Shown here one piece after another: positions 49,665-62,589 of a DNA stretch of 64,000 bases. The stretch is from Rhynchobatus australiae. Its lineage: Eukaryota. The position numbers and the translations under genes are program-made. The notes under the pieces are model-generated. The model had not been told where the DNA came from and made no database searches. It was given only the letters and a program-made list of their open reading frames with translations. Location of the stretch: contig JAUZTB010000017.1 of assembly GCA_034780895.1 (NCBI GenBank), forward strand, positions 29,032,906 through 29,096,905. Reading direction: 5' to 3'. How positions within the stretch are numbered: the stretch's first letter is position 1; every line of letters begins with the position of its first letter.

Positions 49665-50251
49665 GGGGATTGGCGGTGAAGAGAGTTATCAGAAGACCTA
49701 TCCTGGGCCCAGGACATAGATGAAATCATAAGGAAAGCATGCCAGTGTCTTTACTTTCTTAGGAGGTTAAGGAGGTTCGGTTTGTCACCAAATACTCTAA
49801 CAAACTTCTACGGATGTACTGTTGAAGCTATCCTGATCAGTGGCATCATTGTCTGGTGTGGCAATTCGAAAGCACAGGTATGTAAGAAGCTGCAGAGAAT
49901 GGTGGACTCTGCCCAATACATCACAGGCACATTCCTCCCATCACTGGTCATATCTACAGGAGATGCTGCCTCAAGAAGGCAACACCTATCATCAAAGATC
50001 CTCACCATCCTGGCCATGTCATCATTTTGCAACGACCAGCGGGCAGAAGGTACAGACATCTGAAATCCCACCCCACCAGGTTCAAGACCAGCTACTTCCC
50101 TTCAGCCATTTGGTTCTTGAATCATCTGGCAAAACCCTGTTCATTGCAGTTTAGCAACACCATGATCACTTTGATCATTTTGCACTAAAACCAACTTGAT
50201 TTTTTTTGTTCTGTGTGTTATTTATTGTAAAAATTGTGTATACTTCATATT
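49665..50251 (+). mobile_element. Rex1/Babar LINE, second subfamily
   Basis: LYFLRRLRRFGLSPNTLTNFYGCTVEAILISGIIVWCGNSKAQVCKKLQRMVDSAQYITG. Confidence 0.9.
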
Positions 50252-50629
50252 NNNNNNNNNNNNNNNNNNNNNNNNNNNNNNNNNNNNNNNNNNNNNNNNN
50301 NNNNNNNNNNNNNNNNNNNNNNNNNNNNNNNNNNNNNNNNNNNNNNNNNNNNNNNNNNNNNNNNNNNNNNNNNNNNNNNNNNNNNNNNNNNNNNNNNNNN
50401 NNNNNNNNNNNNNNNNNNNNNNNNNNNNNNNNNNNNNNNNNNNNNNNNNNNNNNNNNNNNNNNNNNNNNNNNNNNNNNNNNNNNNNNNNNNNNNNNNNNN
50501 NNNNNNNNNNNNNNNNNNNNNNNNNNNNNNNNNNNNNNNNNNNNNNNNNNNNNNNNNNNNNNNNNNNNNNNNNNNNNNNNNNNNNNNNNNGAAGCAGGAT
50601 CATTAGATATACTTAAGATGGAGATAGAT

Positions 50630-51170
50630 AAGTTGGACAGGCTAGGATTTTATTCCTTGGAGTGTAGGAGACTGAGGGATGACCTGACAGAGGCATATAA
50701 AATCATGTGGAGCATAGAATGGGTGAATGCACATAATTTTTTTCCCAGGGAAGAGGAACTAAAAACTAGAGAGTATAAGTTTAAGGTGAGCGGTGAAAGG
50801 TTTAAGAGGAACCTGATGGGAAATTTCTTCATGCAGAGGGTGGTTGAGGCAGGTACAGTAACAGTATTCTAAAGGCATTTGGATAAGTACATAGATAAGA
50901 GGAGTTTAGAGGGATATGGGCCAAATACAGGCAACTGGGAGTAGCTCGGTGGGCACTATGGTTAGCATGGATGAGTTGAGCCAAAGGCCCTGTTTCCATG
51001 TTGTATTATTCTGTAGCGCTATAAATATTTGAAAGATCAAGAAATTGAGGGGAATGGGGAATGGGCATAGAAGAGGAGTTAAGGCCAACATAAGTCAGTC
51101 ATGATCATATTGAATGGTGGGGCAGGCTTGAGGAGCCTCATGGCCTACTCCTGCTCCCATGTTCTTGTGT
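50630..51170 (+). mobile_element. Two adjacent CR1 3' ends
   Basis: LDRLGFYSLECRRLRDDLTEAYKIM...NFFMQRVV; tails at about 51010 and 51170. Confidence 0.88.
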
Positions 51171-51998
51171 TCAACCCAGTCCCACAACATCACTACAATG
51201 GTTTTTCAGGGTAGTGTCCTCAGCTCAACCATCTTCAGTTGCTTCATCATAAGTTCAGAAGCCTCCAAGACCAGACAACATTTAGGCATGGGTTGACAAG
51301 TGCCAAGCAATGACCACCTCCAACAAGAAGGATTTATTCGAAATCAATGAGATTACAAATGCTGACTCATCCACCATCAACATCTTGGGGATCACTATGG
51401 ATCAGGATCTCAACTGGATTAAGGCTATGAGTAGGTCAGAACCTAGGTATCCTGCCATGAGAAGGTCAACTCTTGACAGCACAAAGCCCTTCCACCATCG
51501 ACAAGGCACAAGTACAGTGTTCGATAAACACTCTCCACTTGCCTAGATGAGGGCAGCTCCATCAATGCTCAAGAAGGTTGACACCATTCCGAACAAAGCA
51601 GCCTGTTGGACTGGCACTTCATTAACCACCCTAAACATTAATTCCCTCCACCATTGCTGCACAGTGACTACAGGGAATACCGTCTACAAGATGCACTGCA
51701 TTGGCTACTGTAACAGCTCTTCCCAAACCCATAATCTTTGCCATCATGATCAAAGGTGACAGGCACACAAGAACATAATCACCTGCAGGATCTCTCCCAA
51801 CTCACACACCATTCTGCTATGGAAATGTACCACCAATCCTTCACTGTCACTAGAACTCCCTACCCAACAGCACTGTAGGAGCAGTTTCACGAGAAGGAGT
51901 CATTTCAAGAAGGTAGCTCCCCACTATCAGTCAAGGATGGGCAATAAATGCTAGCCATGGAAGCAATGCTCAGATCCGAAAGAGTGAATAAGTAAAAA
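51170..51998 (+). mobile_element. Continuation and 3' end of the CR1-clade LINE begun at 49292
   Basis: cagggtagtgtcctcagctcaaccatcttc (QGSVLS.TIF); tail ggatgggcaataaatgctagcc...gtgaataagtaaaaaa. Confidence 0.78.
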
Positions 51999-53025
51999 AC
52001 ATTCACCTTAGTTCCCCTACTGTGAAAAATGGTTGCTAGATTGGACATCAGAAAATCAGATGTCAACAGATCCTGATCTCCCATCCTTTAAACTAATGTG
52101 GTAAAAGTGAGAAAGCTGCTGTTGAGGACTCATAATATCCACTCCAATGGTGAATCCACCCTGCTGCAAGCTCAAAGTGAAAAGAATCACGCTCATTTCC
52201 ACATTCCCTCAAAATGTTGTTTGCAGCAATTATAAATAATTCTCAAAAAGTATTTCTTCTGACATCTTAATCAAGAAGTTCAACACCATTCCAGCTCCCA
52301 ATGACTTTTCTGCATGAAGTTTCATTGTTTCCATTTGCTTTATAATTCAAAACACACTTCGACTTAACTTTACCTTGACAAATGCTCTAAGCACATTTTC
52401 CTGATAGAGCTAAATTATGAATGTCTTCCAAATAGTACTTAATACTCCAATCCCAAAAGTTACATTATCTTCTTTATTGCTTCAATCCTGAGCAATTAAA
52501 ACAAACTATCAGCAGTACTGCTCAGATTACAGCAATGAAATGATATCTCTCAGTGCTCTATGATTAGATTCACTCCAAAAGTATTTCCTGCACTATTATG
52601 GACTGTTACTTGATGAGGCAGATAGCAAGAAGTGAGATAGGTTCACTGAGCCTGACCCTTTCATCATGTACTTGGCTGAGCACAAGGGATGTTATATAAC
52701 ATACACTTGGGAGATTTCAACAACTCAGCCAAATAATGAAAGGTGTTGAACATAGCTCTTCTATTGCATAGTTGATGAACTTATTAACTCTTATAGCTAT
52801 CACAGCTAGGGTGATAATATACCTGAGTTAACATGTGGGGACCTGCAGTAGAAACCTTGGAATACTTTTGGGGAACATTCTTTCTACTTTCAAAACCTGT
52901 GGTCAATAAAAGCAATTGTCCAACTGTATATTCAAGCATTNNNNNNNNNNNNNNNNNNNNNNNNNNNNNNNNNNNNNNNNNNNNNNNNNNNNNNNNNNNN
53001 NNNNNTAGGCATATGGAGGAATGTG

Positions 53026-53148
53026 GGATAGAGGGATATGCGGGAAGAAAGGGTTAGATGGTGTGAGGTGTGGTTTGATGGGAGACACAACATGGTGGGC
53101 CGAAGGGCCTGTATTGTGCTGTACTGTTCTATGGTTCTATGGTTCTAA
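53026..53148 (+). mobile_element. CR1 tail
   Basis: gggccgaagggcctgtattgtgctgtactgttctatggttctatggttcta. Confidence 0.85.
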
Positions 53149-53159
53149 TCTATAGCTTT

Positions 53160-53470
53160 TTTAACTCATTTACAGGAAGTAGATGTTGCTGACAATGCAT
53201 GCATATTATTGCACATCCCCAATTGCCTTGAAACAAGGATGCAGTTAAGAGTTGACATGAGTGGATCTGGAAACATGTGTAGACTAAACTGAGCAAGGAA
53301 GGCAGATTTCCTTCCATGAAGGACTAAATAAACCTAAATGGCTTTTCTACCACAGTCTGGTTAGTTCACGGTTACCATTATTGAGTCCAGCTTTAATTCC
53401 AGATTTATTTGCTTACTTGAATTTATGTTTATCAGGTGCTATGGTGGGATTTGAACATAACCCTGGATCA
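53160..53470 (-). mobile_element. tRNA-derived SINE with CR1-clade tail
   Basis: B-box (rc of ggtgggatttgaac), aaggcagatttccttcc core; tail homologous to 51935-51995. Confidence 0.7.
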
Positions 53471-55214
53471 AATGGAAAAATTGAGGCTCGTGAGATTAAA
53501 GGGGCTACAGCAGCATCAGTGCAAAATTGGCCAAAAGAGAGAAAGTAAAGGATGTTAATTTTCAGACAGAGAGATGCATGCTCTGGGTCAATATTAGAGC
53601 CATTGATTTTTTGATACACAGTAATAGCCTGAAATTGGGTAGACACTGAAAAATTGTTATAGCATCTTTATTCATCAGATAAAATGTTTTGTACAATCTA
53701 TGATAGACTGCATTGTGTATAATCTGTTGGAAGGAATTGGGTTGACAGGACAAGTTACCGTTTGTGTTTTATTAACTGTTCTACTTACAGGCTTTCATTC
53801 ACTATCATTGTTCCTTGAAACTATTCTAAGAACACTCATATTAATTAGAATTAGGATAATTTATGGGAATTGGAGATTGAAGTGTCAAAAATTTGTTCTG
53901 ACCCACTTTGCCCAGTAGATTTATTACCACCTTGAATCTAAGATGAGGTTTTGTAGTACAATTCAAATTTGGACTCCAACACTAATCCAAATAAATTACT
54001 AATTGCCAACTGTGACTAAAAATATCACTATAATGTTTTTAAAATTCTTGGCGATCAATTGATGAAAATCACGTGTAAAATATTATAACAGTCACAAAGA
54101 GTGGACCAATTGAGCAATAAAGCACAGATGAAATAATACTGAACATAGATTCTGAAACTGTGAATAAATAAATAATTGATCATCACAGTCAGTGTAATCA
54201 TGTTTATGCTATAGATTCATAGTAATTGTAGCTCAGTTGAGGTTTTTTCCTTATTTTATTCTTAAGCCATCAGAGGCAAAAATTATTTGTCTGTGCAGAA
54301 AAGATAACAGGGGCTGGAAAGAGAACCAGAAAGATGGTAAGATGGAGAGAAAGAGAAGGGAGAGTAAGTGTGTTATGATTCCATCAGCCTAATCTGGATG
54401 TGGGACTGAATCTTCTTCAAGAAGAAATGTTTGATCAAGCAGCATTATCCACCTTCAATGCTTTTGTAAAATGTCTCAAAGTATTATTCTATTTATCACT
54501 AACTGTTGTTGAGTGGAATTTACATATTGGGATTTTTCTATTGAAAGGATTTAAAGTATTTATAAACTGAGCAGCAGATTCATAAATATTCATTTGTGAG
54601 GACTTAGGTACTTTAAAGTAATGAATAGTTTTCCATTTAAACTCACTTGTAGGCACAGTCTCAATGCTACTGTCATCATTGCTGCCTGAAGATGGAAGCC
54701 AGCAAATTGTTCAGGCTTCATCTGCGAAGTGGGGAAGCACTCTCACTCCCATCACACCTCCACTTACAACTTGCTGAATGGAAGAAATCACACTTCAACC
54801 TGCTCAGCTGATAGTCAATCTTAAGTATGCCTTATGGAAAAGGACAATGGGACAGGCCTTTTGAATCCAGCAGTGATGATCAGAATTGCTGATAGGTCAT
54901 TTTACATGATTTTTCAGTAGCTGCCATTTTCTAAGTGAAATTAACTTTACCCTGAGCAGCACAGCTGGAAGGAGGAAACTTTGGACAGACACCAGGATAA
55001 CCTATAAAATGCAAGGAGCCTAATGCATAGTTTAGATAAGTGACAGATATATTAAAATGCAGACCAAAGGCCTGTGTATGGCACTATTGGTATCCAGTTT
55101 CTACTACTTCCAGAGTACTGAAGTTATTATGGGGCAATTTACAAACATACAATGAAATACAGAACTTCTGTTCTACCTCAAGCCATTCTGTTTTTCATTA
55201 ATATCATTAACTTA

Positions 55215-55327
55215 ATTAATGCTGCTTATATGATGCCATGTGTTTGTGATGCTGCTGCAAGTTTTTCATTGTACCTGTGCATACATGTACTCATGCATAT
55301 GACAATAAACTCAACTTTGACTTTGAT
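55215..55327 (+). mobile_element. Rex1/Babar-type tail
   Basis: tgtgatgctgctgcaagtttttcattgtacctgtgcatacatgtact...tgacaataaactcaactttgactttga. Confidence 0.7.
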
Positions 55328-55496
55328 CACATTACATTTAGGATTTTTAACTATTTTTAACTGCTATGAAATAATTTTCAATAGAACAAAATGGTTAGTT
55401 CTTGGGTAACAATTGCTGAGATGATGTACATCACAATAATCATTTACTCTTGCAAATGCAGTTGATTTTAGTACTCAAAACCTCATACTCTGTTTT

Positions 55497-55830
55497 ATAA
55501 GATAGAAGGAGGCCTTTTGGCCCATCAAGTTTATGCCAGCTCTCAGGGCATTCCAATCAGTCCCATTCCTCCACTTATTTATTTGTAACCTATTCTCTCT
55601 CACATGTTCACCAACTCCCTCCTGATTCCCTACCTGCGACCAATATTAGGTACAATTTACGGAAGCTAATTAACCTATCAGCATGTGTTTGAGATGTGGG
55701 AGGGAACTGGAGTACCTGGCAAAGCCCACACAATTACAGGGAGAAGATGCAAACTCCACAAAGGTCAGGGTCAGGGTCAGGGTCAGGGTCAAACCTAGCA
55801 GCATTAATTGATGTGCCACTGTGCTACCCC
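55497..55830 (-). mobile_element. HE1-like V-SINE containing a (GGGTCA)n expansion
   Basis: gatgtgggagggaactggagtacctgg...acagggagaagatgcaaactccaca...tgtgccactgtgctaccc. Confidence 0.82.
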
Positions 55831-56814
55831 AGCTGGTACTGAACTAGGGCAGAACTGCTGTTTTGATAAATTTTAAGCCACTGAAGTCTGTTTAATCTAA
55901 AATGTGCATAATTGGTAGTAAATGCATTTCAACAAAATAATATTATGAAATCACAGAGAAAATGTAACACTGCAGGAAAAGTCTAACTTGCAGATATGTT
56001 CCTTTGCATCAGTTTTTCCAGTCATTGATTCNNNNNNNNNNNNNNNNNNNNNNNNNNNNNNNNNNNNNNNNNNNNNNNNNNNNNNNNNNNNNNNNNNNNN
56101 NNNNNNNNNNNNNNNNNNNNNNNNNNNNNNNNNNNNNNNNNNNNNNNNNNNNNNNNNNNNNNNNNNNNNNNNNNNNATTACTTTCATAATTTCTTACATT
56201 ATAATATCAAGAAAAATAGCTCAAAGCAAGATATGAAACATTTATTAAGAATTTGCAGAATTCTGCATATTGTGTAATTTCCAAAACCGTTATGATATCT
56301 GATACGTAACCAAGGGGAAATATTCAAAGAATAACAAGCAACAAGGAGAAAGCAATAAATCATTCTTTAGCAGGTTTTCCAGAAAGTTGCTCCAAAAGAA
56401 ATGTGGAATTCTTACTTCCAAAAGACTGTGGATGCTGGGTCAGTAAAATTTTTACATCTAAGATCTAGTGGTTTCTTAGATAAGCAAATCAACAAATGAA
56501 AATCAATAGTGGGAGAATGGCATTGAGGTACAGATCATCCACACTATTTTCTATGACCCTAAATCTCCATCAATTGAAAGATACATTGTTGAGCAGCTGA
56601 GTAGCTTTCTACAAAATAGTTTTATTTGCAATTTATGTACTGTCACATCCTGCTGCTGGACATGAGAGCATGATTTAGAAGCTCAAGGTTGACAATTAAT
56701 GTTGTATTAGCTTTTCACAAACCAACGTGCTTTGAAGTCAAAAGTATTTTTCCACTGCCAAACTTGTATTGAGTGAATTTTATTGAAAAGGCACTTGTCT
56801 ACTTCTGGAGATTA

Positions 56815-56925
<111 letters not shown>

Positions 56926-57032
56926 TCAATGGATATTCATGCTGCATTGGCAATGCAGGTCATGCTCTATTTAATAAAAGCAACCACAAAAATCAGATAG
57001 TTGTTGTTGCTGTTAATACATTGGGAGAGCTT

Positions 57033-57217
57033 TGCCTAGAAACACATAATGTTGATAGAGTTAAATGTGCTATTTTGTTGTACCTGTGCATTGCAGTCTG
57101 CTTCTGAAATTCATTCCAATGCTTTCAATGAAATGAATTTCAGAGGCAAAATACAATGTGTTGACACTACTAAATAGCCTGACTAATGCTATTGACCCAA
57201 GTTAAAATTTCTAGGCA
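57033..57217. mobile_element. Palindromic MITE, copy 3 (best TIRs)
   Basis: Perfect 10-bp TIR tgcctagaaa / tttctaggca; central hairpin gcttctgaaattcattcca...tgaaatgaatttcagaggc. Confidence 0.72.
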
Positions 57218-58473
57218 TGTACCTAATAATTCATGTTAATTTTTAAGACATTATGAAAGAAAACAGCTATGCTCTTTAATACAAAAAACAAGTGATTTTG
57301 TGAGTCTAGACATTTATGTTATACCTTGTCCACTAGAAGCACATTTGTAAATTCACAATGGGCCCACAGGTTTTGGACTTCTAAATTCATCCCTGAACTT
57401 CCAATATGTCAGTTTGGCATTGAAGCTTCTTATCACTAGAGCAGACTTGCAAAATTACCCTATTGTGTTTATATAAGTGAAACATCCAAAGCTGTTTAAT
57501 AGTTTATATAAGAGAGTGAGGAGCCAAACATATCAGTGCAAACAACAGGCAACATCCTATTACCAATCATGTAATCCATCAACACCCACTTGCTTGTGTT
57601 ATAATAGTACTGACATGAATTCAGCAAAATGACTCCTGTCAACATTCTCGATATTTATTCTACACAAGATATGAATCATCACTGAATATCAGTACACCTT
57701 GCCACACAAAAAAAAATCTGGTTATAGAAAATAACTAGTTCAGTGTGGTTAAAAACAGTGACATTATATATAATTATTAAAACACAGTACTGCAGGATTT
57801 TGATTCCACTTAAACCATCTGTTATGTCGTCAAAACATCTATTTCAATATTGCAGTGGTCATCTGACCAATAAAACATTGCATATTAAGTACAATATTAT
57901 GATTGGCAATGCAGCAAGCTCTTGAATCGAGACAAAATCTACTCTTGAAATTGCTTCAAAATGAGTAATTTGCAAAATTCCTTTAGGTAGCTTGGATAAA
58001 GGTTTATTTCCATGTCTCAATTAGAAACTTACAAACAAGTCTGCATAACAAAATACTGCTTAAATAGAATTTAAAGAAAAAGAGCTTGATTAATGTAATT
58101 GTTAATTTGATTATGAAGGCAAACTCGGACAATATTTTTGCTGCCTTTATAATCGAATGACAAAATTAACGTCGCATTCAACCTCCACCAATTAATGTCC
58201 AGTTCCTTCCATTTAGAGGCAAGGTTTCAGTTCTTATTCACATTCAGGAATTTTCAGGATATCAATCATTCACAAGACTGGTTCTTCTTATTGTAAACCG
58301 AAGAGTCCCCAACATTAATTGTACCGTTTTCTATACCAACACTGTGTATTGCACACACTTGTAGTTTTATTTCAAATTTCAAGATTTTTAATTTGAGATT
58401 TAACCATAGATGAGTGCAGTGACAACATATGTCAATAATCTATTTTTGAATCAAAACTGAAATTTTGATATGT

Positions 58474-58725
58474 GTGGCATGGTGGTTAAATTACAGTGAT
58501 AGTCATCAGAGGCCCGGACTAATGATGCAGAGGCAGCAGTTCAAATCTTGCTGCAGCAGGTGAGAAATTTAAAGTTGTTTTATACAAAATTAACTGTAAA
58601 AAGATGTGAATCTCAGTACAGTTGACCATGGAACTACTATTTTGTTGTGAAACCCATTTGGTTTCCATTATGCTTCTGCTCTGACCCATATGTGACACCA
58701 TGCTCAGAACAATGTGGTTGAGTCC
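58474..58725 (+). mobile_element. tRNA-derived SINE (same family as 53160-53470)
   Basis: cagaggcccggactaatgat...gttcaaatc...tgaccatggaact...tgtgaaacccatttggtt...atatgtgacacca...caatgtggttga. Confidence 0.65.
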
Positions 58726-59269
58726 TGGCAGGGAAATTCAGTCGTCACAAGATTTGTTAAACTGGTGAAACTAGAGGGCTTTCTCTTCAGAGCGAAGATA
58801 GTTAAAAGATTTCATGGTGTGAAAATCTTATTTTGATTACACTGATAGAAATTTTTGATGAAGGAACACAGAAAGTTTTTAAGGGGAATGAGTTCAGCTT
58901 AGATATGAAGTTAAAACTCGAACAGATTCTGACCCAAGCATCTAATCTAATCCCAAAGGTTTATAACTTTGTTTTCTATGTTACCCCAATCCAAATGTGC
59001 TTGGGTCAGGTAGACAGGCTCTGTAACATAGTCATATATGGAGAAGTAAGAACCGCTTCCTGTGTTACCTGCATACTCCTGGCTATTTGCAGGAAGTCAG
59101 CTCTATCATATCCCACAATGCTGACTTATTGCGCATTAATTTATAAAGAGTGGACCCAGTCTATTCTGAGCCGAGGCTGAGAACATTTTTTTTAGATAAA
59201 TAACCCCTTCCAACTGAACCTGATGCATAGAGTTGGGTGCCATCAAGCTAGTGTCAAGTCGATGGGTTC

Positions 59270-59835
59270 TAGTAGTCCATATGGATATTCAGAAGGAATT
59301 TGACAAAGTCCCACATAAAAAAATGAGTTAGTAAAATTGAGGCCCATAGAGTAAAGAGTCTTTTGCAGTAAGTCCAAAAAACATCAGCTGAAAAACAGGA
59401 GGCAGAAGGTTGTGGTAAATAGCTGTATTTCACACTAGTGGATGGTGGTTAGTTGTGTTCCAGGAATCAGTGCTGAGACTACTGCTCTCTTAATATATAT
59501 TAATACCTTGGGGTTATGTGCATGTGGATAAAATTTCAAAATTAGCAAAAGGCACCAATCTTGAAGACATGGTAACCAGTAAGGAGGATAGTTATAGATA
59601 GCAAGTGAACATAGCTGGGCTGGTAAATTGGGTAGACAGGTAGCAGATGAAATTTAATACAGAGGAACCTGCTGTGATTTTTTTTTGCAGAAAGAACAGG
59701 GAATGACAATACAGATTAAACAATACATTGCCAAAATGTACAAGAACAGAAGAACCTGGGTGTTTATTTCATAAAATTTTGCAAGTGGAATGACACATTG
59801 AAAAATAAGTTAACCAAACATATGGGATCTTGGAA
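59270..59835 (+). mobile_element. Old CR1 RT-domain fragment
   Basis: VHMDIQKEFDKVPH...RRQKVVVNSCIS...SVLRLLLS*.YIN...MKFNTE. Confidence 0.8.
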
Positions 59836-60253
59836 AATCCGAGATCCTCTTCTCTCCCCTGCAGTTCCTTTCTTCAAGTGCCAATTTGAGTCCCATAAAA
59901 CAGGCTGTTGCCTCTATGCACCTACTTTCACTTTGCAAGGTGCAAGCTGATTTTATGGTGGTCAAGAGGCTCTATCTGCTCGTGATATTGGCCCCATGCT
60001 GTGATATGCAGCTTATCAACAGCTGAATTAGCACTGGCCACATGGAGCATTCCTCTAAACAAACAGGAAACATAAACTGTAGTACATCAGAAACAAGAGA
60101 GACAACCTCACTCTCAATCATAATCCTTGTGTCCTTTTCTACCCCCAAAGCTTTTACCTGGTCCATTGTTGAATGAACATCAGGTAACTCCTATTTGGTT
60201 ATGTTAATTACCCCAGCATGAAACAGCCATTTCTTTCACTGAAATTTCAATCA

Positions 60254-60446
60254 GAGTCTTAGAGTCATAGAACAGTACAGTACAGAAATAAACCCTTCAG
60301 CCCAACGAGATCATCCCCACCATCAAGTGCCCATTTACACTAATCCCAGACTGAACCCATTTTATTCTCCCTACATTCCCATAAACCCCTCTAAATTCAA
60401 CTACACAAAAGCAACAAGTTATAATGGCTGATTAACCTACCAACCA
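60254..60446 (-). mobile_element. 3' half of an HE1-like SINE
   Basis: agagtcatagaacagtacagtacagaaataaacccttcagcccaac...ccatttacactaatccc...attaacctaccaacc. Confidence 0.72.
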
Positions 60447-62589
60447 ATTTAAAAAAGCATTAACACCAATGTACGATTAAAAAAATCTGCAAGATTTGAT
60501 GACCTTCCCTGCCTTCCTTGCCATAATGTATTTAAAGCAAACTCTCTATGCTGGAGATATGCAGAAGAATCCCACATGGGGAAGGTTTATTGAGGATGAC
60601 TATGAGGAGAGGTGTGATTCTGTATAAAGGGATGAGTGAATGGACAGATGGAAATGTTAGGATGCGTACAGACTGAGATAACTGTATCTGCCGAGTAACT
60701 TGGAGTGAGGAATGTTTTTCTGAATTACAGTTTAGAAAGCAATTGAGAGGGCTGGGGTGGTACATGCATCTGATTGCAAATGAATGTGCTGCTGTACTCG
60801 TCTTTTCCATGTATTTGGTATTGAACCCACACATTGACAATGTTGTTCCTACTTGCGTTCACATTGTGTTCCTACTGCTCACTCCCATAAGTGAGCTCCA
60901 GCTGCCATTTCTTGTGTTTCATAAGCAGATTTCCTTCATCCATCAGTAGGGGAAAGGCACCACNNNNNNNNNNNNNNNNNNNNNNNNNNNNNNNNNNNNN
61001 NNNNNNNNNNNNNNNNNNNNNNNNNNNNNNNNNNNNNNNNNNNNNNNNNNNNNNNNNNNNNNNNNNNNNNNNNNNNNNNNNNNNNNNNNNNNNNNNNNNN
61101 NNNNNNNNNNNNNNNNNNNNNNNNNNNNNNNNNNNNNNNNNNNNNNNNNNNNNNNNNNNNNNNNNNNNNNAAGGTGATTCACCTTCTAATTCTTCCCCAT
61201 CCCTTGGGGAAGATCTTTGCTTGTGCTTGGCACTTACCAGATGGTCGTGCAAAATCCAGAATTTACCAAGTGATGAATTACAGAACAAGACTGCATTGCA
61301 ACATTATTTGACAAAGCACGTTGATAGCCAATGTGCCTTGCCATCTATTGCTATATAAATAAAATATTTCCTTGAGCACGAGTAAGTAAGATTCTCCATG
61401 GTATTCTGTGCATTTGGATTTAAATTCCAAAAGTCAACAAAACCTTAATGATTTGCTAATGTTACCACACAGAGTCTATAGGTTTTTCCCTACTGTGGAA
61501 TAATTTCTATAGTTTCCCAGTCAGTATATTTCAATTTTCAAATTTCTGGATTCATTAAACTCCAGATATTTCCACTAATGATATGCAAAGTCAACTCATA
61601 TTCTGTATGTCATCCTGATCCAAAAGATATCCATGAAGTTTGTTCGGTCCCCTGTTTTTCCATCTACACTGACACACATAATTCATCTATAGTGCCACTT
61701 CCTTAGAATATACAGATGAAAAAAACAAAAAAATTAATGAAGGAAATCTTCAGGAATTTTAATTCTTCTGTGAAGGGAGATAATGAAAAATCATCCTTCT
61801 TTCTCACTGGAAGAAGTCTATTTTTTTCATTCTGGTCTGTTGCAGACAGAATCTAAAAATATATTGCAACAAACCAGGAAAGGAGGTATCTAGTCGCATT
61901 GTCCAGTGTCCTGAAATGCATCTCCACCGGTGACTTTTAACCCAGCCTATGACTTTTCCTTGCTTCCTGATAAATTAGCATTAGCAGGGAAAGCCCAAGT
62001 ATGCAATTTAATGGATTTTGGATTGTGAGCACAAAACCAAATCGGCAGAATAGATCCAGCCTGTCAAAGCCTTTGTGTTTTAGTGGTGCCTTTTGGACAT
62101 GACATTCAAGGCTGCAAAGGCCCACAAGGAGGAGGTTTTTCCACTGGTGGGTGAAAGAAGTTGACAGTAAAATAATTAAGGTGTGGCTGGAGGTTCCTCA
62201 TGAAGGCAGCAACTGGAGCCCAGTGGGCTACTTTGTTGATTCAACACTGAGTGAGCTTTAATGGACTAGACAGAGCAGGAAAGGCAACTGAATTAACACA
62301 TTCTCCCACATTCTGATGTGTGTAACGCCGCAACTAGAGCCTGGAAACCTGACCTCAGCTAAATGGGACCCATCCAAAGTGACAGAGTGTGTCAGGCTAG
62401 TTCTTTATACATTAATTCACAAGATGCAGCACTTTATTTAGAGCCTGGTTACTCACTTCCACCCCAACGGGTTTAAACTGTTTGGGTTACAAAATGTTCT
62501 CAGGAACGGAATACTGCAGTAACCAGGGGAGGACCTGTAGTTAATTTATTTCGTAGCATTGCCTGAGTCATTCACACAAGCTCCACTAG

